Shown here in pieces: positions 54,284 through 63,362 of a stretch of DNA of 64,000 nt. The DNA lies in the NCBI GenBank assembly GCA_038057125.1, contig JBBUDU010000003.1:15046-79045 (forward strand), written 5' to 3'. Every line of letters begins with the position of its first letter. The stretch's first letter is position 1. This DNA comes from Patescibacteria group bacterium (GTDB lineage: Bacteria; Patescibacteriota; Minisyncoccia; Phycocordibacterales; UBA1550). Position numbers and translations under genes: made by a program. The notes below the pieces were generated by a model. The model had not been told where the DNA came from. It searched no databases and saw only the letters and a program-made list of their open reading frames with translations.

Positions 54284-55543
54284 ATGAAAAAACTGACAAA
54301 AAAACTCCCAGATTGTCCCGGTGTCTATATATTTCGAGGGCCCAAACGCGCAATTTTTTACATTGGCAAGGCAACATCGCTTCGCACGCGTGTTGCGAGC
54401 TATTTTCGCAGTGACCTCATTTCCACACGCGGTCCAATCATTTTGGGAATGATAGAGTCTGCGCAGACTGTAGATTTTATCGAAACTGACTCTGTGCTTG
54501 AAGCGCTTATCCTTGAGGCGCATCTCATCAAAAAACATCAGCCACCGTACAATACCAAAGAAAAAGATAATAAAAGTTTCAACTATGTCATTGTCACAAA
54601 AGAGGACTTCCCGCGGGTACTGACCATGCGCGGGCGCAACTTGGAAACCCGACATCCAAGTGAAATAAAATATTCTTTCGGGCCATTTCCGCAAGGAAGT
54701 GTTTTGCGCGAAGCGCTAAATATCGTTCGTAAGATTTTCCCGTTTCGCGATAGGTGCCTGCCCGCCACTGCGCATCGCTCCACAATCGGAGCAGAGATGC
54801 GATGGCAGGCGGGTAAGTCGGAGTCGGGCAAGCCGTGCTTCAATGCACAAATAGGTCTTTGCCCTGGGGTGTGTGCTGGCGCAATCTCACGATTGGAGTA
54901 TGCAAAAACAATCATGCGTATCAAATTGTTCTTTGAGGGAAAAAAGAAAACTCTTATTGTCGGACTTAAAAAAGAAATGGGAATCGCGGCAAAAGGTTTA
55001 AAGTTCGAAGATGCCGGTCGAATCAAAAAAATGATTTTCGCGCTCAATCATATTCAAGACATCGCACTTATTAAAGCTTCCTCGAGTACTATCCTTGGGG
55101 AAGCGGGTTTCCGTATCGAAGCTTACGACGTCGCCCATATTTCCGGCACAAGTGTGGTTGGAGGAATGGTTGTTGTGGAGGACAACGAACCCAAAAAGAG
55201 CGACTACAGAAAATTTAAAATCCGTACGAGTACCAACGACGACAATGCCTCGCTTCGCGAAATACTTGAGCGTCGTTTTGCGCACGCTGAGTGGCCAATG
55301 CCAAAACTTATTGTCGTAGACGGCGGTATAGCTCAAGTGAATACAGCCGAACGCGCTCTAAAAGAATACGGAATAGCAATTCCCGTTGTTGGAGTTGTAA
55401 AAGACGAGCACCATAAACCGAAAAATATCCTTGGCGACAAAGCCGTTGCATCCGCCCATGATCGGGCAATTCTTCTCGCCAACAGCGAAGCCCACCGGTT
55501 TGCAGTGGGCTTCCATAGGAAGATTCGTGGCAAACTAAAATAA
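54284..55543 (+). CDS. uvrC: excinuclease ABC subunit C, short form lacking the C-terminal (HhH)2 region
   Basis: GIY-YIG N-terminus (PGVYIFRG...IFYIGKATSLRTRV), UVR domain (FEDAGRIKKMIFALNHI), RNase H-like endonuclease region (EAYDVAHISGT). Ends at 419 aa. Confidence 0.88.
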   Translation: MKKLTKKLPDCPGVYIFRGPKRAIFYIGKATSLRTRVASYFRSDLISTRGPIILGMIESAQTVDFIETDSVLEALILEAHLIKKHQPPYNTKEKDNKSFNYVIVTKEDFPRVLTMRGRNLETRHPSEIKYSFGPFPQGSVLREALNIVRKIFPFRDRCLPATAHRSTIGAEMRWQAGKSESGKPCFNAQIGLCPGVCAGAISRLEYAKTIMRIKLFFEGKKKTLIVGLKKEMGIAAKGLKFEDAGRIKKMIFALNHIQDIALIKASSSTILGEAGFRIEAYDVAHISGTSVVGGMVVVEDNEPKKSDYRKFKIRTSTNDDNASLREILERRFAHAEWPMPKLIVVDGGIAQVNTAERALKEYGIAIPVVGVVKDEHHKPKNILGDKAVASAHDRAILLANSEAHRFAVGFHRKIRGKLK

Positions 55544-55554
55544 AAGCACTTCGT

Positions 55555-55625
55555 CTTATATTAGCTCCTCGGCTCGAAAATACAAAAGATTACTTTTGTA
55601 TTTTGCTCGCTCTACGTCGCTAATA
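55555..55625 (-). repeat. ~71-nt conserved hairpin element, copy 2 (overlaps the last codons of the YqeY-like gene, between convergent uvrC and yqeY)
   Basis: 22-nt exact match (55555-55576 = reverse complement of 45291-45312) and 16-nt exact match (55610-55625 = reverse complement of 45242-45257). Central perfect 12-bp stem aaaatacaaaag/cttttgtatttt with loop atta. Confidence 0.85.
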
Positions 55626-56070
55626 GTTCGTCTACCACCGCTTTCACATCGCCACCGTCTGCCTTCCCTGCAAGTTCTTTCATAATAGCACCGGTGAGCT
55701 GACCTGCTTTTGATTTGTCTGTCACGCCGAGCGCTTCTTTTTTTATGAGCGCAATCTTTTTAATCTCTTCGCGGGACATCAAAGTAGGCAGGTACTTTTC
55801 AAGAATTACAAGTTCTGCTTTTTCGCTTTCCGCGAGTTCCGGGCGACCGCCATTTATAAATTGTTCAATGGAATCCTTGCGTTGATTTGCTAGGCGCTTG
55901 ATGACCCTGAGTACGCCGGCATCATCAAGCATGTCTTGTGGGGTTTTACCCGTCGCCACGAGCTCATTGGTAAATGTTGAAATCATATTTCGCACCACTG
56001 AAAGTCGCACCGCATCTTTCGCCATCATGGCGGGTTTTATCTCAGATTTTATTTGTTCGTGTAGTGACAT
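55612..56070 (-). CDS. GatB/YqeY-domain protein
   Basis: MSLHEQIKSEIKPAMMAKD..RLSVVRNM..., ERKDSIEQF-like NQRKDSIEQF and KYLP match the YqeY family. Confidence 0.85.
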   Translation of the reverse strand: MSLHEQIKSEIKPAMMAKDAVRLSVVRNMISTFTNELVATGKTPQDMLDDAGVLRVIKRLANQRKDSIEQFINGGRPELAESEKAELVILEKYLPTLMSREEIKKIALIKKEALGVTDKSKAGQLTGAIMKELAGKADGGDVKAVVDELLAT

Positions 56071-56132
56071 GGATGAAAAAATATTACTAATTAATCCTTA
56101 CATTGTACGGGTTTTTAACATTATAACCAGTA

Positions 56133-56162
56133 TTGACATTTAAACACAAAGTATGCTATAAT
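56133..56162 (+). promoter_or_regulatory. near-consensus sigma70-type promoter TTGACA-N18-TATAAT with TGn (GGDEF gene)
   Basis: ttgaca at 56133-56138 and tgctataat at 56154-56162. Confidence 0.65.
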
Positions 56163-56215
56163 TGTTTTAGTAATAAATTCGTTCTTAAATTAACAAAACA
56201 CGACAGGAGGCTGTA

Positions 56216-56761
56216 ATGGTATTAACTTTAGAGAAAGCACTCCTCCAAATTGAAAACCTGGAAACCAAGGTAAGAGAACTAAAGGAGCTCTCCTTGGACG
56301 ATCTAACCGGTCTTCCGCGAAGAAAAGTTTTTCAGACGGTGGTTGAGGAAGAGATACTCCGCTGTAAGCGCTCGAAAAAAACTTTTTCAATTCTTGTTAC
56401 TGATCTAAATGAACTGAGTACTGTCAACAATACTCACGGACATCCGGCAGGGGATCAAATGATCATATCCTTCGCAAAACTTCTCAAACATTCTTTGAGA
56501 GATTGCGATATTGTTGCACGCATCGGAGGCGATGAGTTCATGGTGTTTCTTCCGGACCAAAACGAAAAGCACGCTCGTACCGTAATAAAACACCTCCTTC
56601 TGGCATTTGAGCCAGGCAAGGAATTAACTCTACCGTATTTCCGTGGTGCGGCAATAGGCGCTGCAACATTCGGAAAAGAACATTCAAGTTTTGAAAAGAT
56701 GTACAAAGCTGCCGATAAAGCACTGTATGTGCACAAAAAAGCTATAAAAAATCTGGTCTAA
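56216..56761 (+). CDS. GGDEF-domain diguanylate cyclase with short N-terminal coiled coil
   Basis: DDLTGLPRR, NNTHGHPAGDQ and RIGGDEFMVFL (intact GGDEF active site). No RxxD I-site obvious upstream of GGDEF. Confidence 0.88.
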   Translation: MVLTLEKALLQIENLETKVRELKELSLDDLTGLPRRKVFQTVVEEEILRCKRSKKTFSILVTDLNELSTVNNTHGHPAGDQMIISFAKLLKHSLRDCDIVARIGGDEFMVFLPDQNEKHARTVIKHLLLAFEPGKELTLPYFRGAAIGAATFGKEHSSFEKMYKAADKALYVHKKAIKNLV

Positions 56762-56772
56762 AAAGCTTAATA

Positions 56773-56806
56773 ACGGACTACCAAGAAATTGGTGGTCCGT
56801 TTTTCT
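56773..56806 (+). terminator. intrinsic terminator of the GGDEF gene
   Basis: acggactacca agaaat tggtggtccgt (one U.G pair) followed by ttttt. Confidence 0.8.
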
Positions 56807-56836
56807 TTTATCTGCCTCTGTAGTAGAATGATACAT

Positions 56837-57034
56837 ATGGAACAAGAAATTTTGGAACGAATAAAAGCTCAGGAGGAGCTTTTACAAAAAATATATGTGT
56901 CTACGGAAAAAACACGTAAGTATTTTATGTGGACGCTTATTATAAGCGTTGCCGTAGTCATTCTTCCACTCATCGGGCTTATGGCCATAATCCCTTCATT
57001 TCTTTCAACAGCTGGAAGTGCGTATGGAATTTAA
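56837..57034 (+). CDS. small membrane protein (hypothetical)
   Basis: 65 aa, one TM (MWTLIISVAVVILPLIGLMAIIPSFL). TAGAAT -10 element 7 nt upstream of the ATG. Stop is 2 nt before the rmuC ATG. Confidence 0.5.
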   Translation: MEQEILERIKAQEELLQKIYVSTEKTRKYFMWTLIISVAVVILPLIGLMAIIPSFLSTAGSAYGI

Positions 57035-57036
57035 TC

Positions 57037-58152
57037 ATGTCATTAATAACATTCATTATTATTGGGCTTGTGCTCGGCGTCATTGTCGCAATAGCAATAG
57101 TGACATTCTTTCGTAAAAATACGGGCGCTCAATCGGCACAGCAAGGCGAGGCATTTCTCCTGATTCAAAATCAACTTAGTAATTTTCAAGGACAGCTTGG
57201 AGATTTTATGAAAACAGTTGACGCGAAAGTAGGCTCGTCAAACAAGGAAATGCAACAGGCGGTGCACATGCAGTTTAGCGAATCACAAAAGCTTATTCGA
57301 GAAATTAACGAGCAAGTCGAGAGAAATCTAAGCAACGTTGCCAAAGAAATGACAGCAGCAAACGAAACAAGCAAGCAAGTTCTCGGCATTACTGACCAAC
57401 TTCAAAACCTCGAAAAAGTACTCACCCACCAAAAGCAGAGGGGCAACTTGGGCGAGGCGGCGCTTGAGCTTATTCTCTCAAATATCTTGCCACCTACGGC
57501 GTATAAGCTTCAGTATCAATTCAAAGGCGGGGAGACTGTCGATGCGGTTATTGTCACAAAAGACGGGCTAATTCCCGTTGATGCAAAGTTTTCACTCGAC
57601 AATTACAACCGAGTGGTAAACGAAACAGACCAAGCCCGCAAAGAGGAGCTCGAGAAAGATTTTAGAAATGACCTCAAAAAACGCATCGATGAAACGGCAA
57701 AATATGTGCGACCGTCTGAAGGAACACTTCCGTTTGCGTTTATGTTTATTCCTGCCGAGGGAATATATTATGACCTATTAATAAACGAAGTTGGTTCAGT
57801 AAAGGTGAACACTAGAAGTCTCATCGACTATGCAACAAATGAAAAGAAAGTGATTATTGTATCACCGACTACTTTTGCGGCATATTTACAGTCGGTACTT
57901 TATGGTTTCCGCGCATTCAAAATCGAGGAGTCTGCACAGCTCATTATCGGGCGTGTTGAGGAACTTCGCAAGCATCTTGTTGCTTACGAAGAATATATGA
58001 AGAAGCTCGGTAACACGCTTGGAACCACGGTAAATCACTACAATATGGCGTATAAAGAACTCAAAAAAGTAGACAAGGATATGGTAAAAATTACAGGTGA
58101 GACGGCAAGCATTGACCCGCTACTTATCGAAAAACCGGTGATTGAGGAATAG
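57037..58152 (+). CDS. rmuC: DNA recombination protein RmuC
   Basis: N-terminal TM, long coiled coil, RGNLGEAALE, VDAKFSLDNY, MFIPAEGIYY, VSPTTF are RmuC family motifs. Confidence 0.88.
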   Translation: MSLITFIIIGLVLGVIVAIAIVTFFRKNTGAQSAQQGEAFLLIQNQLSNFQGQLGDFMKTVDAKVGSSNKEMQQAVHMQFSESQKLIREINEQVERNLSNVAKEMTAANETSKQVLGITDQLQNLEKVLTHQKQRGNLGEAALELILSNILPPTAYKLQYQFKGGETVDAVIVTKDGLIPVDAKFSLDNYNRVVNETDQARKEELEKDFRNDLKKRIDETAKYVRPSEGTLPFAFMFIPAEGIYYDLLINEVGSVKVNTRSLIDYATNEKKVIIVSPTTFAAYLQSVLYGFRAFKIEESAQLIIGRVEELRKHLVAYEEYMKKLGNTLGTTVNHYNMAYKELKKVDKDMVKITGETASIDPLLIEKPVIEE

Positions 58153-58165
58153 TAACCTGAATAAA

Positions 58166-58197
58166 AAAACCCGGAAACAAAAAGGGTGTTTCCGGGT
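58166..58197 (-). terminator. 11-bp-stem hairpin whose U-tract lies on the minus strand
   Basis: acccggaaaca aaaaggg tgtttccgggt. The A7 run upstream on plus equals U7 downstream on minus. Confidence 0.65.
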
Positions 58198-58409
58198 GGC
58201 CATGCCTTTTGGGTAAAAGTGGTGGCCGAAGGTTGCTAGCGCGCAGCGCCAAGGGAGGATAAACGCCGCAGTCAAACTAGCAATTTGATAATAGCAGAAT
58301 AGCTTTATTTTGTCAATATTACATAGTATTACATAGGACAGTCCTTGGTAGTATCCGCGAGTACGGAGGGGCTTGCTATTTCTTTTGTTTCGTGTAAAAT
58401 ACAGGAACT

Positions 58410-58727
58410 ATGAATTTTGCAGTAATACAAACAGGCGGTAAGCAATACAAGGTCGCTACGGGAGAAAGCCTCGTTATTGAGAAGCTTCCAGGCGAACCCA
58501 AAATAGGCGACAAGATAGTATTTGATAAAGTACTACTTGTGAACAATGGCTCAAAAACACTCGTTGGCGCGCCAACAGTGGCTGGTGCCACGGTTCACGC
58601 AACCCTCGCAGAGGAAGGTAAGGGAAAGAAAGTCATTGTTATCCGTTACCGCAACAAGTCGCGCTATTTCAAAAAGAACGGCCATCGCCAGCCATTTATG
58701 AAAGTAACGATTGACGCGATCAAGTAG
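58410..58727 (+). CDS. rplU: 50S ribosomal protein L21
   Basis: MNFAVIQTGGKQYKV...GHRQPF..V is the L21 signature. No rpmA follows. Confidence 0.93.
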   Translation: MNFAVIQTGGKQYKVATGESLVIEKLPGEPKIGDKIVFDKVLLVNNGSKTLVGAPTVAGATVHATLAEEGKGKKVIVIRYRNKSRYFKKNGHRQPFMKVTIDAIK

Positions 58728-58733
58728 CTAAAT

Positions 58734-58762
58734 AAAAAACCGGCTTTAATGCCGGTTTTTTT
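58734..58762. terminator. bidirectional terminator between rplU and recR
   Basis: aaaaaa ccggc tttaat gccgg ttttttt. Confidence 0.8.
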
Positions 58763-58773
58763 ATTTATATATT

Positions 58774-59385
58774 CTAACTTCTGTTCTTAAGCGCGTGTCG
58801 CAAGGTGTCGCCATCGGAGTATTCGAGTTCTGTGCCGGTGGAAAGGCCACGACCAAGTGCCGTGATGGTAATGCCGAGCTTTTTTGCGACTGGAGATAAG
58901 ACTTTAGTAACATACTCACGCGTGAAATCACTTTCTGGGTTTACTGAAAGCGCGAGAATTATTTCGGAAAGTCCGTCGGAGGCGCCATTTTCAATTCGCT
59001 CCAAAAGCTCATGAATGCGAATTTTTGAAGCCAGGTCGCGTTCAAGAACGGGGATTGTTCCGCCCAAAATAAAATAGCGCCCCGCATAGCTGTCACTCCG
59101 ACGCACACTTTCAAAATCAGCATCCTTTTCAACTACCATAAGCGTTGCACTGTCTCTATCGTCGATACATACATTGCAAAGCGTGCCTGTTCCCGCCCGT
59201 GGATAAAAACGGAAACATTCGGAACACTGGGCAATTGATTTTTTGAGCTCAGCAATTTCTCGGGCAAGCGTGTCAACAAAGTACGGATCTTCTGAGAGGA
59301 GAAAATACACAAAACGCTTCGCTTGGCGTGTGCCAATACCGGGGAATTTCATAAATGCTTGCGCGAGAGAATCAATGTTGCTCAT
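58774..59385 (-). CDS. recR: recombination protein RecR
   Basis: FPGIGTRQAKR HhH, C4 zinc finger CSECFRF...CNVC, Toprim VVEKDAD. Confidence 0.92.
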   Translation of the reverse strand: MSNIDSLAQAFMKFPGIGTRQAKRFVYFLLSEDPYFVDTLAREIAELKKSIAQCSECFRFYPRAGTGTLCNVCIDDRDSATLMVVEKDADFESVRRSDSYAGRYFILGGTIPVLERDLASKIRIHELLERIENGASDGLSEIILALSVNPESDFTREYVTKVLSPVAKKLGITITALGRGLSTGTELEYSDGDTLRHALKNRS

Positions 59386-59388
59386 AAG

Positions 59389-60789
59389 TTAAAATTCTTC
59401 AATGTTAGCTCTTGTTTTTTGGCTCGCGCCGTAGTCGTGTTGTTTGTCGATAGAAAGGAATGTTGATTTTTCTTCGTCAAAATAAAGCTCTACGAAACCA
59501 ACTGGCCCGTTCCTGTGCTTTTCTACCAAAATTTCAGCAATATTCGGCCTGTCCGAATTTTTGTCTTGTTTGTCTTCACGGTGAATAAACATTACCACAT
59601 CGGCATCTTGCTCAATGGATCCAGAATCGCGAAGGTCAGATAGGCGAGGCTTGCCTCCGCGCGACTCCACCGCGCGCGAGAGCTGTGATAGGGCGATAAC
59701 AGGCACGTCGAGGTCTTTTGCAAGGTTCTTCAGAGAGCGAGAGATTTCCGTCACTTGATTTACCATGGAATCATACTGTTTCGCAGTACTCATGAGCTGA
59801 AGGTAATCTACAATGATGAGCCCGAGACCATGTTCGCTCTTGAGTTTGCGCGCCGCGGAACGCATTTTCATAATAGTGTTACCGGATTGGTCGTCGATAA
59901 AAATTGGCGCTTTGGAAAGCTTCTCAAGAGAACCGCGAATTTTATCAAAATCTTCATCAAGAGAGAGTTTTCCAGTGCGAAGCTTCCAAGCATTTACACG
60001 AGACTCAGCAGAAAGCATACGGTCTACAAGTTGTTGCGTATTCATTTCGAGAGAGAAAATACCGACCGGCACATTGTGTTGTATTGCCGCCTGACGCGCA
60101 ATGTCGAGCGCAAGCGTCGTCTTACCCATCGATGGGCGAGCAGCAAGTATGACTAGGTCGCCCTTTTGAAAGCCAGAGAGAAGGGTGTCGAGGGCAGGGA
60201 ATCCGCTTGGGATACCGCGAAGCCCTGCACCTCCCTTGTGCATCGTGTCGAGGCGCTCCCATGCTTCTCCGAGTGTGTCTTTAATGTTTACGAATTTTTT
60301 TGTAACACTCGCATTGGTAATCGAGTAAATCTTTTTCTCGGCCTCATCGAGTACTGTTTCTATTTCATCAGCTTCATTATAGCCGAGCTCGGAAATATGT
60401 TCGGCGGCTTCGATGAGTGTGCGAAGAACATGTTTACGCTGAATCATCTCCGCGTAATATTTTGCATTAGACGAAGAGGGGACTCCGTCGACGAGCTCGG
60501 CAAGATAGCTTCCACCACCGATATTGTCAAACTTTCCACGCTCTTTTAATCGCGCTGAAACAGAAAGAAGGTCGATGGGTTCGTGGCGCGAGTGAAGCTC
60601 GAGCATTGCGTCAAAAACGATGCGGTGTTTATCCACATAGAAAGAATCGCGCGTCACGACATCGCCCACGTCATAGATTCCGTCAGGACGGAGCATAAGC
60701 GAGCCCAGAAGCGCCTTTTCGGAATCGATATTTTGTGGAGGGATCCGAAGATCGCGTGATTTGAATTTTCTGTCTGCCATAAATTGCAT
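59389..60789 (-). CDS. dnaB: replicative DNA helicase DnaB
   Basis: PPQNIDSEKALLGS N-terminus, Walker A AARPSMGKTT, IIVDYLQLM, SQLSRAVE. An alternative ATG lies at 60780. Confidence 0.93.
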   Translation of the reverse strand: MQFMADRKFKSRDLRIPPQNIDSEKALLGSLMLRPDGIYDVGDVVTRDSFYVDKHRIVFDAMLELHSRHEPIDLLSVSARLKERGKFDNIGGGSYLAELVDGVPSSSNAKYYAEMIQRKHVLRTLIEAAEHISELGYNEADEIETVLDEAEKKIYSITNASVTKKFVNIKDTLGEAWERLDTMHKGGAGLRGIPSGFPALDTLLSGFQKGDLVILAARPSMGKTTLALDIARQAAIQHNVPVGIFSLEMNTQQLVDRMLSAESRVNAWKLRTGKLSLDEDFDKIRGSLEKLSKAPIFIDDQSGNTIMKMRSAARKLKSEHGLGLIIVDYLQLMSTAKQYDSMVNQVTEISRSLKNLAKDLDVPVIALSQLSRAVESRGGKPRLSDLRDSGSIEQDADVVMFIHREDKQDKNSDRPNIAEILVEKHRNGPVGFVELYFDEEKSTFLSIDKQHDYGASQKTRANIEEF

Positions 60790-60880
60790 TGTAGCATGCT
60801 GGCAAATACCGCTGAACTTGATTCTGTGGGCAGAATGGTGGAAAAACAGTGCAAAACAAATTACGACACAAAACCAGTCT

Positions 60881-62218
60881 CTAATTGATTAATTTTGAGA
60901 TTTTAGGGCCTTTATCGGTGTCTGAAATGTCCCATCCCAATGAATTGATTTCATCACGTACTTTATCTGACTTTACCCAATCTTTATTTTTACGCGCTTC
61001 TTCACGCGTGTGGACGAGTTGCAGAATATTCGCTGGAGCAGTTTCTCTTTTACGATGAGCGAGTACAAGTCCAAATACTCGATCAAAGTCTAAAAGCGTC
61101 GCTGTCTTGGTTGTATCCGAAAGAGAAGCGTCTTTTGCGACTTCCCATGCAAGCGCGAGAGCTCGAGATGTATCAAGATCATTTACTATAAAATCCTCAA
61201 AACGTTTTTGGTAGTCTTTATTCACTGTGCCGATTTCTTCACCAATATGGTCATTGAGTTTACGGAGAGCGTTTTGCGCGCCCTCGAGTGCTTCCCATGT
61301 AAAATTGAGCTTCGAACGATAATGCGCACCCAGCACAAAATATCGAAAGGCGAGTGGGGAGTATCCGCGCTCAGTAATAGTTTTAAGCGTGATTATATTT
61401 CCGAGCGACTTGGACATTTTTTGTCCGTCAATCATCATAAATTCCGTATGAACCCAAACACGAGCAAAGAGCTTGCCATTTACCGCTTCCGACTGCGCAA
61501 TTTCGTTGGTATGGTGGGGGAAAATGAGGTCCACTCCACCTGTATGAATATCTATTGTTTCCCCAAGCGTGTCGTGCGCCATTTCAGAACATTCAATATG
61601 CCAGCCGGGGCGACCACGACCAAAGGATGCATCATATGCAGTCCCGCTGTCTTCTGGTGTCTCAAATTTCCAAAGCGCAAAATCTCGAGGAGATTTTTTA
61701 TCTTGCGTGTTTTCTACGCGCGATTCGGTTTCGGCATTTAGGTCGAGGTGTGCGAGGGCTCCGTAATTTTTTGATTTCTCAACTTCGAAATACACACCGT
61801 CTGAAGCAGTGTACGCGTAATTATTTCGAATGAGTTTTTCAATCATCACAACCATACCGCCAATATGCTCCGTAGCACGAGGTATCTTGTGCGGAATAAG
61901 TATGTTCAGTGCTTTAAAGTCAGCGAGTAAAAAATTAGTATATTCGCGAGCAAGCGCATGGATAGACACTCCTTCCTCTACGCCACGGGCAATCATTTTG
62001 TCATCAACGTCGGTGATATTCATCGCTTGGAGCACCTCGTAGTCCGCGTATTCAAGAGTACGACGAAGAATATCGTTTACAATAAACGCGCGGTGGTTAC
62101 CAATATGAGCAAAGTCGTACACGGTGGGCCCGCAGTGATACATTCGCACTTCGCGTCCATGGAGCGGAGCGAGCACCTCAGTGTTTCTTGTGAGAGTATT
62201 AAAGAGTTTTACATCCAT
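60881..62218 (-). CDS. cysS: cysteinyl-tRNA synthetase
   Basis: CGPTVYDFAHIGNHR (HIGH-class motif), KMSKSLGN, zinc-binding Cys/His positions. Confidence 0.93.
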   Translation of the reverse strand: MDVKLFNTLTRNTEVLAPLHGREVRMYHCGPTVYDFAHIGNHRAFIVNDILRRTLEYADYEVLQAMNITDVDDKMIARGVEEGVSIHALAREYTNFLLADFKALNILIPHKIPRATEHIGGMVVMIEKLIRNNYAYTASDGVYFEVEKSKNYGALAHLDLNAETESRVENTQDKKSPRDFALWKFETPEDSGTAYDASFGRGRPGWHIECSEMAHDTLGETIDIHTGGVDLIFPHHTNEIAQSEAVNGKLFARVWVHTEFMMIDGQKMSKSLGNIITLKTITERGYSPLAFRYFVLGAHYRSKLNFTWEALEGAQNALRKLNDHIGEEIGTVNKDYQKRFEDFIVNDLDTSRALALAWEVAKDASLSDTTKTATLLDFDRVFGLVLAHRKRETAPANILQLVHTREEARKNKDWVKSDKVRDEINSLGWDISDTDKGPKISKLIN

Positions 62219-63126
62219 TTCTTAAAGAATTTGAAGTAGCCAAATAGCAGTGTACCGATAACACCCATTGCGATGATTGTGATAAAAAATGCACTAGGAT
62301 TATTTTCAAGAGGAGTATTAATAAAACTCATTCCGAACAGCTGTCCTATAAACGTAAGTGGAAGTAATATGAACGCAGTGATTGTAAGCGTTTTCATGAT
62401 GTCATTTGTCTTTGTCGTGAGTAGGGAGTCATTTGTGTCACGAAGGTCGAGCACGGTTTCGCGGTGTCCGTCGAGAATCGAAGAAACTTTGTAAAACTCG
62501 CCGACGATGGTGTGTAGGTAATAAGAAAACTCTTTGCCAAAAAATTTAGCGCCGGCAACCTCAAATGACTCCAAGACTTCTTTGTGAGGGCGAAGTATTT
62601 GCTTAAAGTTGAGGAGGTCGCGATTTATGTGGGAGATGGAGTTTACCATATCACGCTCTTTTCCGCTGAAAATTTTTGATTGGATTTCGTTGAAGTCGTG
62701 ATTAATATGATCAAGCTCGGTATCGAGCATCTTATAGAGATCTTTCAAGATATAAAAAAGAATGAACCCTGCATGCTCGCGGATGTTCAATTTGTCGAGA
62801 ATTGAATTTACCTCGAATACTTTTGAAAATTCGTGAAGTTGATCCACTAGGCCGTAATGCGCAGTAATAATAAACTTCTTTCCAATAACAAAATCAATTT
62901 CTTGGTCCTTTCCACCGTCATGTTTGTGTGTAATGGTAGGGAAATGCAATATGAGATAAATAAAATCATTATAAAGATCAACTTTGGGACGAAGTGTTGG
63001 CCCCAAAAGCTCGTCGGCGACCAGCGGATGAATAGCAAACTCTTCCATCAAGGATCGAACTTCTTCTTGCGTTGGTGACTGCACATCGACCCAAACGAGG
63101 TCCTTGTAGGTGTATCGGGAAATCAT
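62209..63126 (-). CDS. corA: CorA-family divalent cation transporter (GMS variant of the GMN motif)
   Basis: Cytoplasmic CorA-like domain and two C-terminal TM segments with LFGMSFINTP where CorA normally has YGMNF. An alternative upstream ATG lies at 63144. Confidence 0.8.
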   Translation of the reverse strand: MISRYTYKDLVWVDVQSPTQEEVRSLMEEFAIHPLVADELLGPTLRPKVDLYNDFIYLILHFPTITHKHDGGKDQEIDFVIGKKFIITAHYGLVDQLHEFSKVFEVNSILDKLNIREHAGFILFYILKDLYKMLDTELDHINHDFNEIQSKIFSGKERDMVNSISHINRDLLNFKQILRPHKEVLESFEVAGAKFFGKEFSYYLHTIVGEFYKVSSILDGHRETVLDLRDTNDSLLTTKTNDIMKTLTITAFILLPLTFIGQLFGMSFINTPLENNPSAFFITIIAMGVIGTLLFGYFKFFKKWM

Positions 63127-63166
63127 TACTTTACAGTGTAACATATTTTTAAATGTTCAACAGCGT

Positions 63167-63307
63167 CCAAGAGTCTACGGCCAAGAGTCTGCGCCCTAGA
63201 GTCTGCGCCCCAGGCGTGAGGTCTGCTGACTCAGAATTTAGTAATTCAGAATCTACTGATGTTTATGGCAAAGCCACGATTCTGCTGAATCGGAATCTGC
63301 TGATTCG
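63167..63307. repeat. cluster of ~7 degenerate TCTGC(T/G)G-core repeats, including two GAATC/GATTC palindromes
   Basis: ccaagagtctacgg, ccaagagtctgcgcc, ctagagtctgcgcc, gaggtctgctgac, cagaatctactgat, GATTCTGCTGAATC (63278-63291), GAATCTGCTGATTC (63293-63306). Sits in the corA/ctp divergent intergenic region. Confidence 0.8.
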
Positions 63308-63362
63308 TCAACATTCTATCCGTATTGACCAGACGAGAAACTTTTGCGATACTACAGAAGAT

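Noticed and set aside
63167-63307. Possible CRISPR array, given the Cas2-like domains elsewhere in the window.
   Set aside because: The repeat units are only ~12-15 nt, degenerate and irregularly spaced, with no spacer-like unique segments. No array with 25-40-nt repeats exists anywhere in the window.
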